From Vicinamibacteria bacterium (GTDB lineage Bacteria > Acidobacteriota > Vicinamibacteria > Vicinamibacterales > JAENWD01), in contig CAVXNR010000003.1 in NCBI GenBank assembly GCA_963763095.1, positions 815 through 64,814 of the forward strand: a DNA stretch of 64,000 nucleotides. Direction: 5' to 3'. The translations under genes were made by a program, and so were the position numbers. Positions 1-10,535 of this stretch are shown one piece after another. Within the stretch, counting starts at the first letter, position 1. Each line of letters starts with the position of its first letter. The notes under the pieces were generated by a model. That model saw nothing but the letters and a program-made list of their open reading frames with translations, had not been told where the DNA came from and did not search any database.

Positions 1-14
1 ACCCGGAGGTCTCA

Positions 15-356
15 ATGAAACACTTGTTTTCTTCCCGCTTTGCCCTGGCTTGCTTCGGCTTGCTTTCAGTCGCTGTTTCCCCCGCCGCGCAGGCGCAATT
101 CAAGTGCGATCAGCCGCATCTCACGCGCGTCGATGCCACCGCTTGCGCCCTCGGAGCGAAGGACGCTGCATCCCTGCGGCGCTACGTCACACGCACGCAA
201 GCGATTTACGGCCTGCAGATGAAGGACTACGTGCGCTTTGAGGGTGATGAGCCGATATGGTCTTCAGCGCGGCCAGGCGCGCGGGGATGGCGTCGGTCAT
301 GCGGCTCTCCGTCGTTTCGGTTGCGCATGACCGCTCTGGTCGGGCGGGAGGAGTAG
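15..356 (+). CDS. small secreted hypothetical protein
   Basis: ATG ORF with signal-peptide-like N-terminus MKHLFSSRFALACFGLLSVAVSPAAQA. The 3' third overlaps an opposite-strand ORF, so the true stop is uncertain. Confidence 0.4.
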   Translation: MKHLFSSRFALACFGLLSVAVSPAAQAQFKCDQPHLTRVDATACALGAKDAASLRRYVTRTQAIYGLQMKDYVRFEGDEPIWSSARPGARGWRRSCGSPSFRLRMTALVGREE

Positions 357-467
357 CAAACTCTCTCCGGGGTCGGCAGATACTTCGCTTGACTGTCGGG
401 CGCGGAGCCGGATTAGGCCAAGGGCGAGCAGGTCGCACACCTCGGCGAGACGTTCCCGGCCGTTCAT
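297..467 (-). CDS. small hypothetical protein (LIRLRARQSS...DQSGH motif)
   Basis: 56-aa ORF from the internal ATG (MNGRERLAEVCDLLALGLIRLRARQSS). It sits directly downstream of the replication module. I recall this motif from small ORFs in integrative elements, but have not verified it. Confidence 0.3.
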   Translation of the reverse strand: MNGRERLAEVCDLLALGLIRLRARQSSEVSADPGESLLLLPPDQSGHAQPKRRRAA

Positions 468-626
468 ATGTCGTGGATGCAGCGGGTTCACCGCCACGCC
501 TCTTGATTGTGCACGTCGTCCATCGCCTCAAAGGCGGACCAGGCCTCTCGAACGGCCCGGTGGAGCTGGGCCGCGGAGTAGGCGTGCAGCGGGTGATCTC
601 TCCGAGCTCCGCATTCTAAAGGGTGC

Positions 627-656
627 GGAACTGTAGGAAGAATAGGAACTGTAGGA
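627..656. repeat. iteron-like block: two 12-mers GGAACTGTAGGA separated by AGAATA (copy 1)
   Basis: Read directly. AT-rich relative to its flanks. Its reverse complement recurs at 2512-2541 (27/30 identical). Lies in the gap after the reconstructed DUF3987 stop (716). Confidence 0.8.
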
Positions 657-715
657 CGAGCATCCACGCAGTTCCGCAAGTCCGCGAGCGCGGCGTCCAG
701 GTCGAAGCGGAACGT

Positions 716-2191
716 CACTGGCCGGCCCCCCGCATCACGCGCCATGCTTCGCGGCGGCGCTTGCCGACGATCTCCGCAGCCTCCTGCATCGGGACCAGCC
801 AGCGGTGTTGCGATGAGCCGGGCGAACGCCCGCCGGACCTTTGCTGCGTCCTTGAACGGTCCGCGCTGCAGGGCGTCCGTCACCGAGATGAAGGGCTCCG
901 ACCACTTCCCGACCAGCCACCGACGCATCCGCTCGGCCTCGGCGGTCTCGGCAGAAACGGTCGCCTCCCGGGCCAGGCGAACGGCCTCGTCGAGGTAGAA
1001 CGTGGCGAGCGTCAGTGCGTCGCGCATGGTCGGACCGGTGACTGCCACCGCCTCCGGGTTCGCGAACAGCGTCATCACCGCGGCAAGCCGACAGGCGTGC
1101 TCGGGCGCCTTGCTCGCGAAGGGCCGGACCTCGGCAAGCGCGCCGCCCTCGGCCTGCGCCCTCTCGGTTTCAAGGTAGAACGCCCGTGCCATGTCGCGGG
1201 CCTCGGTGGACAGGGGCAACAAACGAGGGTCCAGCCCGCCGTCGGCCCGAACCGGCATCGGCCGGCGCAGCAGTTCGCCGAGCCGCGCCGCAAAGTGCGC
1301 CAGCGCGGAGTCGCTCTCGGGGTGCCAATCCAGGCGCGTTCGGGTGCCGATAGCGCTCTCCGGCTCGGCGGTCAGGAAGCGCGCCAGGATGCCTTGCCCG
1401 TTCGCGACCGGATCGGCCAACAGCGTGCTCGCCGCGACCGGCTGTGCCATCAGGTGCACCGAAAGGCGCCGCCCTAGAAAGAGGGAGGCGCCATCGCCGG
1501 CCCGGAGCCGACACACGGGAGAGCCGTCCCAGAATGCGGAGAGGGTCGCGATGGTCTTCAGTCGGTTATCGGGGTTCATCCCGACACCACCGAGGAAGGC
1601 GCCACCCTCGTCCGAGAAGAGGCCGAGGGTGGGGCGCAGGCTCGCCATGTTCTTCACGAGCCCTTCCACCGTCGGGTCCGGCGTCACGACGATCGGCAGA
1701 GGCGGTGCCTCCGGCTCGGCGCCCAGCGCATTCAGGTCGGCCTCCCGCGCCGTCCTGTCCTTTTCCTTCTCGCCAAGGGCGCGCTTGCGCTCGGCGTCCC
1801 ACAGAGCGTGCCGGTTGCGCCACGAGGCCGTATTGAGGCCATGCTCGGCCATGAGTGCCGCCTCGAATGCCCGCACCCCCTCCACGGCAAGCCGGTCACA
1901 CGCACTTTTGCGCTCGCCAGACTGAGCGATCGTGAGCAGAAAGAGCGACACCGGCGATGGGCCACCGAGGGTCTCGACGTTCGCGATTGGCTGGACCGCC
2001 AGCGCCGCCGCACCGAGGACAGCATGAGCTGCGATGGCGGTTGGCGCCTGCGTCTTGTCGTGGATCGCCTCCGCAGCCGCCCGAAGCGGACCCAACGCCC
2101 AGAGCGGAAAGGGCTCCGGCGCGCTCGCCTGGTGAACGAGAGGCTCGGGCGCCTCGGGCTGGTGATCCTCAAATGCCGCGTGCGCGTTCAT
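716..2191 (-). pseudogene. DUF3987/YfjI-like (P4 alpha C-terminal, helicase-like) protein, frameshifted near 3' end
   Basis: ORF 488..2269 read from MNAHAAFEDH. After ...KVRRAFARLI, a different frame gives the family-typical tail HRWLVPMQEAAEIVGKRRREAWRVMRGAGQ with stop at 716-718. The ATG overlaps the primase stop (ATGA). Confidence 0.75.
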
Positions 2192-3123
2192 GGCGTCGCG
2201 GCTCCTTGCTGAAGGACCTCGTTCCAGTCCTTGCGGCCGGCTGGCGGGCGCAGGTACTGCACGGTCCACCCGAGGGTGCAGGCGCGATCGGCGAGCGCGG
2301 TCGCAGCCTTGCGTCCTGCCGCGTCGTTGTCGGGGGCGATGACCAGCCGCCCTGGCTGCCCGTCCGGCAGCGCGAGACCACTCATGCCGCTCGTGCTGAG
2401 GGTCGCCAGGAGGCTTGGCGATGAACCGAGGAGGGCGGCCGGCAGGCTCAGGGCCGTCTCGATGCCCTCAGCCACGACGACGGGATCGCCCGAAACTCGC
2501 GGCTGCCCCCGTCCTACTGTTCCTATTCTTCCTACAGTGAGCCGAACGGCCCCGCCGCCGACCGGCCCGAGCGAGGCTTTGACCGGGTCAACATCCGCCT
2601 TGCGCCCGGGCTCGGCGAGGTAGACGCGGTGCACGCCGACCGGCCTTGCCTCGCCCTCCCTCTCGACCAGCGCCAGGAGAACGGGCAGCCGTTGCCCTGA
2701 GGCATGCCAGCAGGCCCCGTGGAAGCGCAGGGTCGGGGGCAGGTCGGCAGTAATCGACCGGTTCCGCAGGTAGCGCTCGGCGAGGGTGCCGCCGATCGAG
2801 ACCGCCTTCTGCCAGACCTCCAGTGCCTGCCTCCGGCGCTTCTCGGTCTCCTGACGCTCGTCCAACCGCCGGCGGACCTGCTCGAGGGGGTCGGGCAGGG
2901 CGTAGCTGACACGGCGCTCCAGAAGCCCCATGCCGCGCAAGACGCCGGCCACCGACCCGAATGTGCAGCCCGCCGAGCAGAGCGCGAGCAGGCGCCCGTC
3001 GCTGCCATTCGCCAGGCGAAGTGCCGGCGTGCGCCGGTTTTCGTGCACCGGGCAAAAGGCCACCCCGTAGCGGCCATACCACTTGCCGCGAAGGGCAAGG
3101 GTGATGCTCTGCGCGTCACTCAC
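2188..3123 (-). CDS. Toprim-domain DNA primase (P4-like, zinc-finger N-terminus)
   Basis: 311 aa. Has CPVHENRRTPALRL...CSAGC zinc-finger-like N-terminus and a Toprim core VVVAEGIETALS...VIAPDNDAAGRKAA. Confidence 0.85.
   Translation of the reverse strand: MSDAQSITLALRGKWYGRYGVAFCPVHENRRTPALRLANGSDGRLLALCSAGCTFGSVAGVLRGMGLLERRVSYALPDPLEQVRRRLDERQETEKRRRQALEVWQKAVSIGGTLAERYLRNRSITADLPPTLRFHGACWHASGQRLPVLLALVEREGEARPVGVHRVYLAEPGRKADVDPVKASLGPVGGGAVRLTVGRIGTVGRGQPRVSGDPVVVAEGIETALSLPAALLGSSPSLLATLSTSGMSGLALPDGQPGRLVIAPDNDAAGRKAATALADRACTLGWTVQYLRPPAGRKDWNEVLQQGAATP
2512..2541. repeat. iteron-like block, inverted copy 2 (TCCTACTGTTCC TATTCT TCCTACAGTGAG)
   Basis: Reverse complement of 627-656 with 3 mismatches. 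Embedded in-frame in the primase (encodes TVGRIGTVGR in a linker before the Toprim motif). Confidence 0.8.
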
Positions 3124-3404
3124 GGCGGCCCACCGACGCCGGAGCCGGCCGAAGTTTCATGGGCCAGAACATCGACCATACGGTAGAGCACCCGCCGGCC
3201 GAACCGGACATGGCTCGGGCCTGTGCCGCTCTGGCGCCATCGCTGCAGCGTCCGTACCGACTGCCGCCAGCGCTGCGCCAGTTCGGTCTCGAAGAGGAAG
3301 ACGTTTGGCGGGTCGAGGCCCATGTCCGATGAGGCTCTTGGGGCGAGCCCCGGACGATTGGCGGCCTCGGTCATGCCTGCTCGAGTGGTGCGGAACGAAT
3401 TCAT
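3120..3404 (-). CDS. helix-turn-helix DNA-binding protein (excisionase/MerR-like)
   Basis: FLFETELAQRWRQSVRTLQRWRQSGTGPSHVRFGRRVLY resembles phage HTH_17-type regulators. Its stop overlaps the primase ATG (ATGA). Start choice is uncertain. Confidence 0.6.
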   Translation of the reverse strand: MNSFRTTRAGMTEAANRPGLAPRASSDMGLDPPNVFLFETELAQRWRQSVRTLQRWRQSGTGPSHVRFGRRVLYRMVDVLAHETSAGSGVGGPP

Positions 3405-3406
3405 CA

Positions 3407-3610
3407 CTAGCCCAGGCCACCGGGCTGACGGACGGCTGCGCGGTCCACCGCGGCGATCAGATCTGACCGCCGCCAGCGGGTGAGGCCGCCGAGCTTCAGC
3501 GGCGGCGGGAGGGTCCGGTCAGAAACGCGACGCCAGAACGTCGCGCGAGAGATGCCGAGCAACGCCGCGCCGGCGTGATCGGAAAGGAGAAGTGCGGGCT
3601 CGTCGGCCAT
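3407..3610 (-). CDS. alpA: AlpA-family phage transcriptional regulator
   Basis: MADEPALLLSDHAGAALLGISRATFWRRVSDRTLPPPLKLGGLTRWRRSDL is an AlpA-type HTH pattern. Confidence 0.7.
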   Translation of the reverse strand: MADEPALLLSDHAGAALLGISRATFWRRVSDRTLPPPLKLGGLTRWRRSDLIAAVDRAAVRQPGGLG

Positions 3611-3685
3611 CGCTGTGTCCTTGCCACAGGTTGCGATGGCCTTGAGATAGGGTGCGAGCAAGCGGCCGCATGCCGATGAAAGGGG

Positions 3686-4444
3686 TTACTTTTCCGGCAC
3701 AGCGAACGGCGCCTTGCCCAAGCGCACGAAGAGAGGAGGTTCTTCCGAGCGGCTGGTCTCGTGGATTTCCCGGATGGTGCGAGCCTCTTCCCTGAGCTTC
3801 CTGTTCCCCCAGATTTCCTTCATGAGCTTGTAGTTCAACTTGGGGTAGCCGGCTTCCGCGAATACCTCCGAAAGAATATCGCAAGCACTGTCCTTTAGTT
3901 TTGTCACGTCGTTTCTTGTCGGGCGGACTTTGAACCGTTCGACCAGAGTATCCAGGAACGTCTGGATGAAGTAATCTCGCTGCCAGTTGTCCGCGCGGTT
4001 CCGGCCGTGTTTTTTCGGGCGGGTCAGGCTCCCGCCCAGGATCTGAGATATTAGCGACCTCAGCTCCGCCGGCATGGGCGCGTTACCAACGACATTGAAC
4101 TGTCCGATCATGCGGACGAGATCGTAGGTTTCCGGGCACGTGGAGGCGTGGAGTGACAGATAGCGAGCCGCCTGCTCGCTCACCTGATATCCACGCCGGT
4201 TTCCATCCTTCCACCACTTAATTCCTAAGCCTGACATGAGCGCCACGTGGACCGGACCGATCCCTTCGCCGCCCGCGGCACAGTGTCCGGCCGAAAATGC
4301 GCAGTGCTCCTTCGCCCATGCTCGCGCTTCCTCGACGCGGGCGATGTGCTGCACCGCTCCGGGAACTCCGGCCGCGGGCGCGGCGGGGCCTCCAATCGTT
4401 CGCCTCGACTGCACCCGGCGGGGCGCGGGCGGTTGGTTTCGCAT
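3686..4444 (-). CDS. hypothetical protein, lower-GC cargo gene
   Basis: 252-aa ORF. The 3' two-thirds (about 3700-4230) is visibly more AT-rich than its surroundings. No motif recognised. The start may be the internal MSGLGIKWW. Confidence 0.5.
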   Translation of the reverse strand: MRNQPPAPRRVQSRRTIGGPAAPAAGVPGAVQHIARVEEARAWAKEHCAFSAGHCAAGGEGIGPVHVALMSGLGIKWWKDGNRRGYQVSEQAARYLSLHASTCPETYDLVRMIGQFNVVGNAPMPAELRSLISQILGGSLTRPKKHGRNRADNWQRDYFIQTFLDTLVERFKVRPTRNDVTKLKDSACDILSEVFAEAGYPKLNYKLMKEIWGNRKLREEARTIREIHETSRSEEPPLFVRLGKAPFAVPEK

Positions 4445-4732
4445 GCAATTTTCTCCATCATACCAGGCCGGAAAGGCCGAGAACGGGCAGCGATGCTTAG
4501 CAGGCCGCGACGGTTAGTGACCGGGGGTGACGGCCCTCTTCCCCTTCAACCCTTCGTTACCTTGTCACTATGGATGGATCTCGATTTCCGGCGTTGGCCA
4601 CAGCGGCGCGGCAATTGTGTCCTTGTGTCGTTCATCGTGCTTTTATGTCATGATTACAATGGTTTCTCTTCGTGCTATTCTTCAAAGAGGCCCTGGAAAT
4701 TCGCGGGTCGAGCCGGACGAGGAGCCTGTCGC

Positions 4733-6019
4733 ATGTCGGTTCGAGTGCCCGACGCCGAGACCTCCGACCTTGCCATCGACTACCGCCCGGTCGCGTAGCC
4801 TGATCCCCTACGCGCGGAACGCCCGCACCCACAGCGAGAGCCAGGTGGCGCTGATCGCCGGCTCGATCCGCGAGTACGGCTTCACCAACCCGGTGCTGGT
4901 CGACGGCGAGAACGGCATCATCGCCGGCCACGGCCGGGTGCTGGCGGCCCGCAAGCTCGGCCTCGCCTCGGTGCCGGTGATCGAGCTCGGCGCATCTCAG
5001 CGAGGCGCAGAAGCGCGCCTACATCCTCGCCGACAACAAGCTCGCCGAGCAGGCCGGCTGGGACCGCGAGCTGCTCGCCCTGGAGCTCGGGGAGCTGGCG
5101 GAGCTCGGCACCGATCTCGGCGCGCTCGGCTTCGAGGCGGGCGAGCTCGATGCGCTGTTCGGCAACGCGCGCCCGACCCCCGCGAGGAGGAGACACCCGA
5201 GCCGCCGGGCGTGCCGGCGTCCCGGCCCGGCGACCTCTGGCTGCTCGGCAACCACCGGCTGCTCTGCGGCAGCGCCACCGAAGCGTCCGACGTGGCGCGG
5301 CTGCTTGGCGGCGGTGCGGCCGCATCTGATGGCGACCGATCCGCCGTTCGGGGTCAACTACGACCCCGGGTGGCGCAACAAGGCCGGACTGTCAGCGACG
5401 AGCCGCACCGGCAAGGTGCTGAACGACCACCGCGCCGACTGGCGCGAGGCCTGGGCGCTGTTCCCGGGCGAGGTGGTTTACGTCTGGCACGGTGCGCTGC
5501 ACGCCACCACCGTCGCCGAGAGCCTCACGGCCTGCGGCTTCGCCATCCGCTCGCAGATCATCTGGGCCAAGGAGCGGCTGGTGCTCTCGCCGCGGCGACT
5601 ACCACTGGCAGCACGAGCCCTGCTTCTACGCGGTGAAGACAGGCGCGAGGGGCTGCTGGAACGGCGACCGCAAGCAGACCACGCTCTGGTCGATCCCGAG
5701 CCGCGACCAGGACGCCAGGACGGTGCACGGCACCCAGAAGCCGGTCGAGTGCATGCGCCGGCCGATGCTGAACAACAGCTCGCCCGGCCAGGCGGTGTAC
5801 GAGCCCTTCTCCGGATCGGGGAGCTCGATCATCGCCGCCGAGACCTGCGGCCGCGTCTCGCTGTCGATGGAGCTCGACCCGGCGTACGTCGATGTCGCGG
5901 TGACCAGGTGGCAGGCGTTCACCGGGGAGGCGGCGACGCTCGACGGCGACGGCCGCAGCTTCGGGGAGATCGCGGCGGAGCGGGCGGCCGAGACCGCGTG
6001 TGGCAACCGTGACGGATGA
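4733..6019 (+). pseudogene. ParB-like nuclease domain / DNA methyltransferase fusion, multiple frameshifts
   Basis: Pieces lie in different frames: LIPYARNARTHSESQVALIAGSIREYGFTNPVLVD; HLSEAQKRAYILADNKLAEQAGW; DLWLLGNHRLLCGSA; MATDPPFGVNYDP; HGTQKPVECMRRPMLNNSSPGQAVYEPFSGSGSS. At least 5 frame changes. Confidence 0.85.
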
Positions 6020-6020
6020 C

Positions 6021-6380
6021 AGGATGGACGACATGGCCCGCAAGCCGATCGAGCTGACCGACGCGCAGCGCGGCGAGATCGAGACCCTCGGCGCGCTCCT
6101 GAACCAGGACCAGATCGCCGACTACCTCGGCATCGGCCGCACCACCTTCCATGCGATCATGGGGCGCGATCCCGACATCGCGGAACGCTATAAAAGGGGC
6201 AAGGCCAAGGCCATCGCCCACGTGGCGCGCGGCCTGCTGCAGAAGGCGCGCTCCGGCGACACCGTGTCGTCGATCTTCTACCTCAAGACCCAGGCCGGCT
6301 GGCGCGAGACCGACCGGCTCGAGCACGCCGGCGGGCTGACCATCAATGTCATCGACCGCTTCGACGACGATCCCGCATGA
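6021..6380 (+). CDS. putative terminase small subunit (HTH)
   Basis: MDDMARKPIELTDAQRGEIETLGALLNQDQIADYLGIGRTTFH, immediately upstream of and overlapping the large terminase. Confidence 0.55.
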   Translation, partial: RMDDMARKPIELTDAQRGEIETLGALLNQDQIADYLGIGRTTFHAIMGRDPDIAERYKRGKAKAIAHVARGLLQKARSGDTVSSIFYLKTQAGWRETDRLEHAGGLTINVIDRFDDDPA

Positions 6381-7693
6381 CTGGCGGCCGCGCCCGCACC
6401 AGCTGAGCCTGTTCGACCAGTTCGGGCACGGCAAGCGCTACCGGCGCGGCTGCGCGGTCTGGCACCGCCGCGCCGGCAAGGACAGCTGCGCGCTGAACCT
6501 GACGGCGCGGGACATGTTCCGGCGGGTCGGCAGCTACTGGCACCTGTTCCCCGAGCAGGCGCAGGCGCGCCGCGCGGTCTGGAACGGCATCGACGGCCAG
6601 GGCCGGCGGATCATCGACCAGGTGCTGCCGCCGCAGGTCCGCGCCCGCACCAGCGGCCAGGAGATGCTGATCGAGACCCTGAACGGCTCGATGTGGCAGA
6701 TGGCCGGGTCGGACAACTACGACAGCCTGGTCGGGTCGAACCCGGTCGGGGTCGTCTTCTCCGAGTGGTCGCTCGCCAACCCCGACGCCTGGGAGTACAT
6801 CCGCCCGATCCTGGTCGAGAACGACGGCTGGGCGCTCTTCATCTACACGCCCCGCGGCCGCAACCACGGCCATGCCACCTACCTCGGGCGCTCGAGGCCG
6901 ACACCTGGTTCTGCGAGAAGCTGACCGTCGACGACACCGGGCTGATCACCCCTGCGCAGATCGACGAAGAGCGCCGCGCCGGGATGAGCGACGGCAAGAT
7001 CGGCCAGGAGTTCTACTGCAGCTTCGATGCCGACATCGACGAGCAGCTGATCCCCTACGACCTGGTCAGCGCCGCGATGGCGCGGCAGGCCACCGCCGAG
7101 GCCTGGGAGGAGAAGGTGATCGGCGTCGACGTGGCGCGGTTCGGCGACGACAAGTCGGCGCTCTACTTCCGCCACGGCCGCGACGGCAATCCCCGGCCCT
7201 ATGAGCGCTACGCCGGCCTCGACACCATGGCAGCTCGCGGCCAAGGTCGCCGAGCGGATCAGCCACTGGAGCCCGGATGCGGTCTTCGTCGACGATGGCG
7301 GCGTCGGCGGCGGGGTGGTCGACCGCCTGCACCAGCTGGGCTTCCGCCAGGTGATCGGCGTCAACTTCGGCGGCAAGGCCGATCGCGGCGGCAGCCGGTC
7401 TCCGGGCCGGCAACAAGCGCAGCGAGATGTGGCTCGCGGCGCGGGAGTGGCTGCAGCGCGGCGCGCTGCCGCGGGACGAGCTGCTGGCGGCCGAGCTGAC
7501 CGCACCGATGTACGCCTACAACGCGGCCAACGCGCTGATGCTCGAGCCCAAGGCCGACATGAAGCGCCGCGGCATTCCCTCCCCGGACGTGGCCGATGCC
7601 TTCGCCCTCACCTTCGCCTACCCCGTCGCGCGCTGGGAAGACGAGGAGGAGCCGACGCTGGACCTGGGTCGCTCCCAGACAGGCGGCTACTGA
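6346..7693 (+). pseudogene. phage terminase large subunit, about 3 frameshifts
   Basis: Walker-A-like WHRRAGKDS, then FIYTPRGRNH, then (other frames) VIGVDVARFGDDKSALYF and GNKRSEMWLAAREWLQ...PSPDVADAFALTF. Confidence 0.85.
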
Positions 7694-7803
7694 TCATTCA
7701 TGAGAACCAGACCTGGCTCCAATACTTCGCTACACTGTCTCCCTCCTCAGGAGTACAGAACTGCGCAACGAACGTTACGCAGTTCTGGTCGGAGGCGGCG
7801 GAC

Positions 7804-8499
7804 TTGCGGATCATCGGCTACGAGCGGGTCAGCACGGCCCGCCAGGGGGCGAGCGGGCTCGGGATCGAGGCGCAGCGGCAGGCGATCGACGGCTTCGTCG
7901 CACAGCGCGAGGCCACGCTGATCGCCCGCTTCACCGAGGTGGAGAGCGGGCGCAACCCGGACCGGCCGGAACTCGGCAAGGCGCTGCACCTCGCCAAGGT
8001 CACCGGTGCGACGCTGGTGATCGCCAAGCTCGACCGGCTGTCGCGCAACGCCGCCTTCCTGCTGACGCTCAGGGACAGCGGGGTGAGGTTCGCCGCGGTC
8101 GATCTGCCGGAGGCGAACGACCTGACCGTCGGGATCATGGCGCTGGTGGCGCAGGCGGAGCGCGAGGCGATCTCGAAGCGCACCAGGGAGGCGCTGGCGG
8201 TGGCCGGAGCCGCGGGGTGAAGCTGGGCAACCCGAACGGCGCAGCGGCGCTGAGGCGGGCTGGCAAGGGCGGTGCGCCGCTCAGGGCGGCCATTGCCCGC
8301 AACGCCGACCGGCATGCACGAGACCTGGCGCCGGTGGTCGACGACATTCGGGCCCGTGGGGTTGATGAGCCTGCGGACGATCGCGGGCGAGCTGAACGCG
8401 CGCGGAATGCTCACCCGCCGCGGCGGACGCTGGCACGTCTCGACGGTGATGAACCTGCTCGACCGCCTCGGGGAGCAGCGATGCCGCAATCCCGGCTGA
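7804..8499 (+). pseudogene. serine recombinase (resolvase/invertase family), 2 frameshifts
   Basis: TTG start after GGAGG. IIGYERVSTARQ catalytic-Ser motif and LVIAKLDRLSRN. The C-terminal HTH segment SLRTIAGELNARGMLTRRGGRWHVSTV is in another frame. Confidence 0.85.
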
Positions 8500-8692
8500 T
8501 GTCGCTCGTCGAGGCGGTGACGAATGTCGCGGTCGGCTACGGCATGCGGTAGTGACGCAGCTGCTGGTGTTCCCGATGTTCGGGCTGGCCACGACGCTCG
8601 GGCAGAACCTCGCGATCGGTGCGATCTTCACCACGGTCTCGTTGGCGCGGAGCTACGTGCTGCGGCGGGGGTTCGAGGCCTTCCGACGGTGA
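8481..8692 (+). pseudogene. small membrane protein, frameshifted
   Basis: MPQSRLMSLVEAVTNVAVGYG, then in another frame VTQLLVFPMFGLATTLGQNLAIGAIFTTVSLARSYVLRR. The start overlaps the recombinase stop. Confidence 0.5.
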
Positions 8693-9011
8693 CCGCCCCG
8701 CAGCGGCCCTGGGCGAGTCACTGACGGCCCTCCCGCCGGTCGTGCTGTCCATGATTCCACAGAGGAAGCTGAGTCTGTAGCGGCCGCTCTGAGGCGCTGC
8801 GGGGGATTGGAGCCTGCGCGGGCTCTCGTAGTGCCTTCGGCGCAGAGGGTCGTCGTCGCATCAAGCCCCGAGGCGACTAGAACCTGGTCGGGGGAGAATT
8901 CATCGAGCATCGCGTGGAATCCTTTTTTCGTCGCGGCGGATTTGATGGCAGAATGCGAGCGCGTCGCCCCGGCGCGTTGCAGATGGCCATGGCTCTGTCG
9001 GAGGACTTCCG

Positions 9012-10535
9012 ATGCGGTTTGCCTTGTTGTCCGCCTGCGCCGCGCTGTGCGGCCTCGCCGCCGCGGCGCTGGCGGCCGGCGCCCAGCCGGTCGATGGGAA
9101 GGCGGCCTCAGGCGGGTACGCCACTTCGACGCCCGAGAGCGTGGCGATCCCCGACCGCATCGAGAGCCGGATCGGCACGCTCGGCTTCTTCGGCGGGGCA
9201 CCGGATGAGGCGACGGCGAGCCTGCTGCACGACAACCTCGACTTCCAGCGGGCGGTGCAGGCCTACCTGCTGGCGCTGCCGGTGGTGAGCCAGGCGGCGC
9301 ACCGGGCCGCGATGCTCTCGATCGGCCCGGCCAACACCACGGTGCCGATCTGGCAGCGCCCGGTCGATGCGCGAACGGTGGCGCTGGCGGCGAACGACAA
9401 CGCCCCGTTCGCCTGGTTCTGGCTCGACCTCGGCGAAGGCCCACTCGTCCTCGAGACGTCACCAAGGCTCGTCGGCTTCGCCGACGACATCTGGCACGCC
9501 TGGGTGGGCGACTTCGGCATCGCCGGGCTCGACAAGGGCAAGGGCGGCAAGTACCTGCTGCTGCCGCCGGGCTGGCGGGCCCCGGTTCCCGGTGGCTACA
9601 TCGTGCTGCGTCCGGGCTCGAACTCGGTCCGGGTCTTCTGGCGCGACTTCGCGATCTACGGCGACCCGGAGACCGCCGCCGACCTCATTAGGGCGCATAC
9701 CCGGATCTACCCGCTCGGCGGCGAGGCGAATCAGCCCGCGCTCGAGTTCGTCGACATGTCGGACAAGCCGTTCAACACGGTGGGGCCGGCCGACTATGCT
9801 TTCTGGGAGCTGCTGAACGAGGTGGTCCAGACCGAGCCGACCCGCGCGGTGGACGCGACAACGCTCGGCTTCTGGGCCTCGGTCGGCATCGAGAAGGGCA
9901 GGCCCTTCACGCCGGACGCGCGGATGCGGGCGATCCTGACCGAGGCGGCGACGGTGGGCGACGCGACGGCGCGGACGCTTCTGCACGACTGGAGCAATCC
10001 TGACGGCGCGTGGTATCCCGACCGCAACTGGCGGCGCGGTTTCGTCGGCGGGCACACCTTCTCGAGCCGCGGTGGGCGCGATCTCGACGCCTATGCGCGC
10101 TACTTCCTCCATGCCACGGGCGTCACGCCGGCGATGGACGAGCGGATTGTCGGCGAGGGCTCGCAGACGCTGGAGGCCTTCGTCGACGCGGAGGGAGCGA
10201 TCCTCGACGGTGGCAGGACCTACCGGCTGCACCTGCCGAGGGAGATCCCGGTCAGAAGCGTCTGGTCGGTCATCGTCTACGACAACCAGACCCGCTCGAT
10301 GATCCAGACCGACCAGCAGTTCCCGAGCGTCAGCAACGCGACGCGGGCGCTCAGGTTGAACGACGACGGCTCGATCGACGTCTGGTTCGGCCCCACCGCG
10401 CCCGAGGGCTGGGAAGAAAACTGGGTGCAGACCGTTCCCGGGCGGAGCTGGAGCACGCTCCTGCGGCTCTTCGGGCCGCTCGAGGCCTTCTACGACAGGA
10501 GCTGGCGGCCGGGCGACATAGAACTCGTGCGGTGA
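9012..10535 (+). CDS. DUF1254/DUF1214 domain-containing secreted protein
   Basis: Intact 507 aa with a signal peptide. Motif GLDKGKGGKYLLLPPGW is typical of DUF1254; the C-terminal half is DUF1214-like. Confidence 0.8.
   Translation: MRFALLSACAALCGLAAAALAAGAQPVDGKAASGGYATSTPESVAIPDRIESRIGTLGFFGGAPDEATASLLHDNLDFQRAVQAYLLALPVVSQAAHRAAMLSIGPANTTVPIWQRPVDARTVALAANDNAPFAWFWLDLGEGPLVLETSPRLVGFADDIWHAWVGDFGIAGLDKGKGGKYLLLPPGWRAPVPGGYIVLRPGSNSVRVFWRDFAIYGDPETAADLIRAHTRIYPLGGEANQPALEFVDMSDKPFNTVGPADYAFWELLNEVVQTEPTRAVDATTLGFWASVGIEKGRPFTPDARMRAILTEAATVGDATARTLLHDWSNPDGAWYPDRNWRRGFVGGHTFSSRGGRDLDAYARYFLHATGVTPAMDERIVGEGSQTLEAFVDAEGAILDGGRTYRLHLPREIPVRSVWSVIVYDNQTRSMIQTDQQFPSVSNATRALRLNDDGSIDVWFGPTAPEGWEENWVQTVPGRSWSTLLRLFGPLEAFYDRSWRPGDIELVR

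Noticed and set aside
2512-2541. GTTCCTATTC within the iteron-like block matches 10 nt of an FRT arm (possible Flp/FRT engineering scar).
   Set aside because: No full 13-bp arm, 8-bp spacer or second inverted arm of FRT is present. The block's own structure is a 12-mer direct repeat, and it occurs twice with mismatches.
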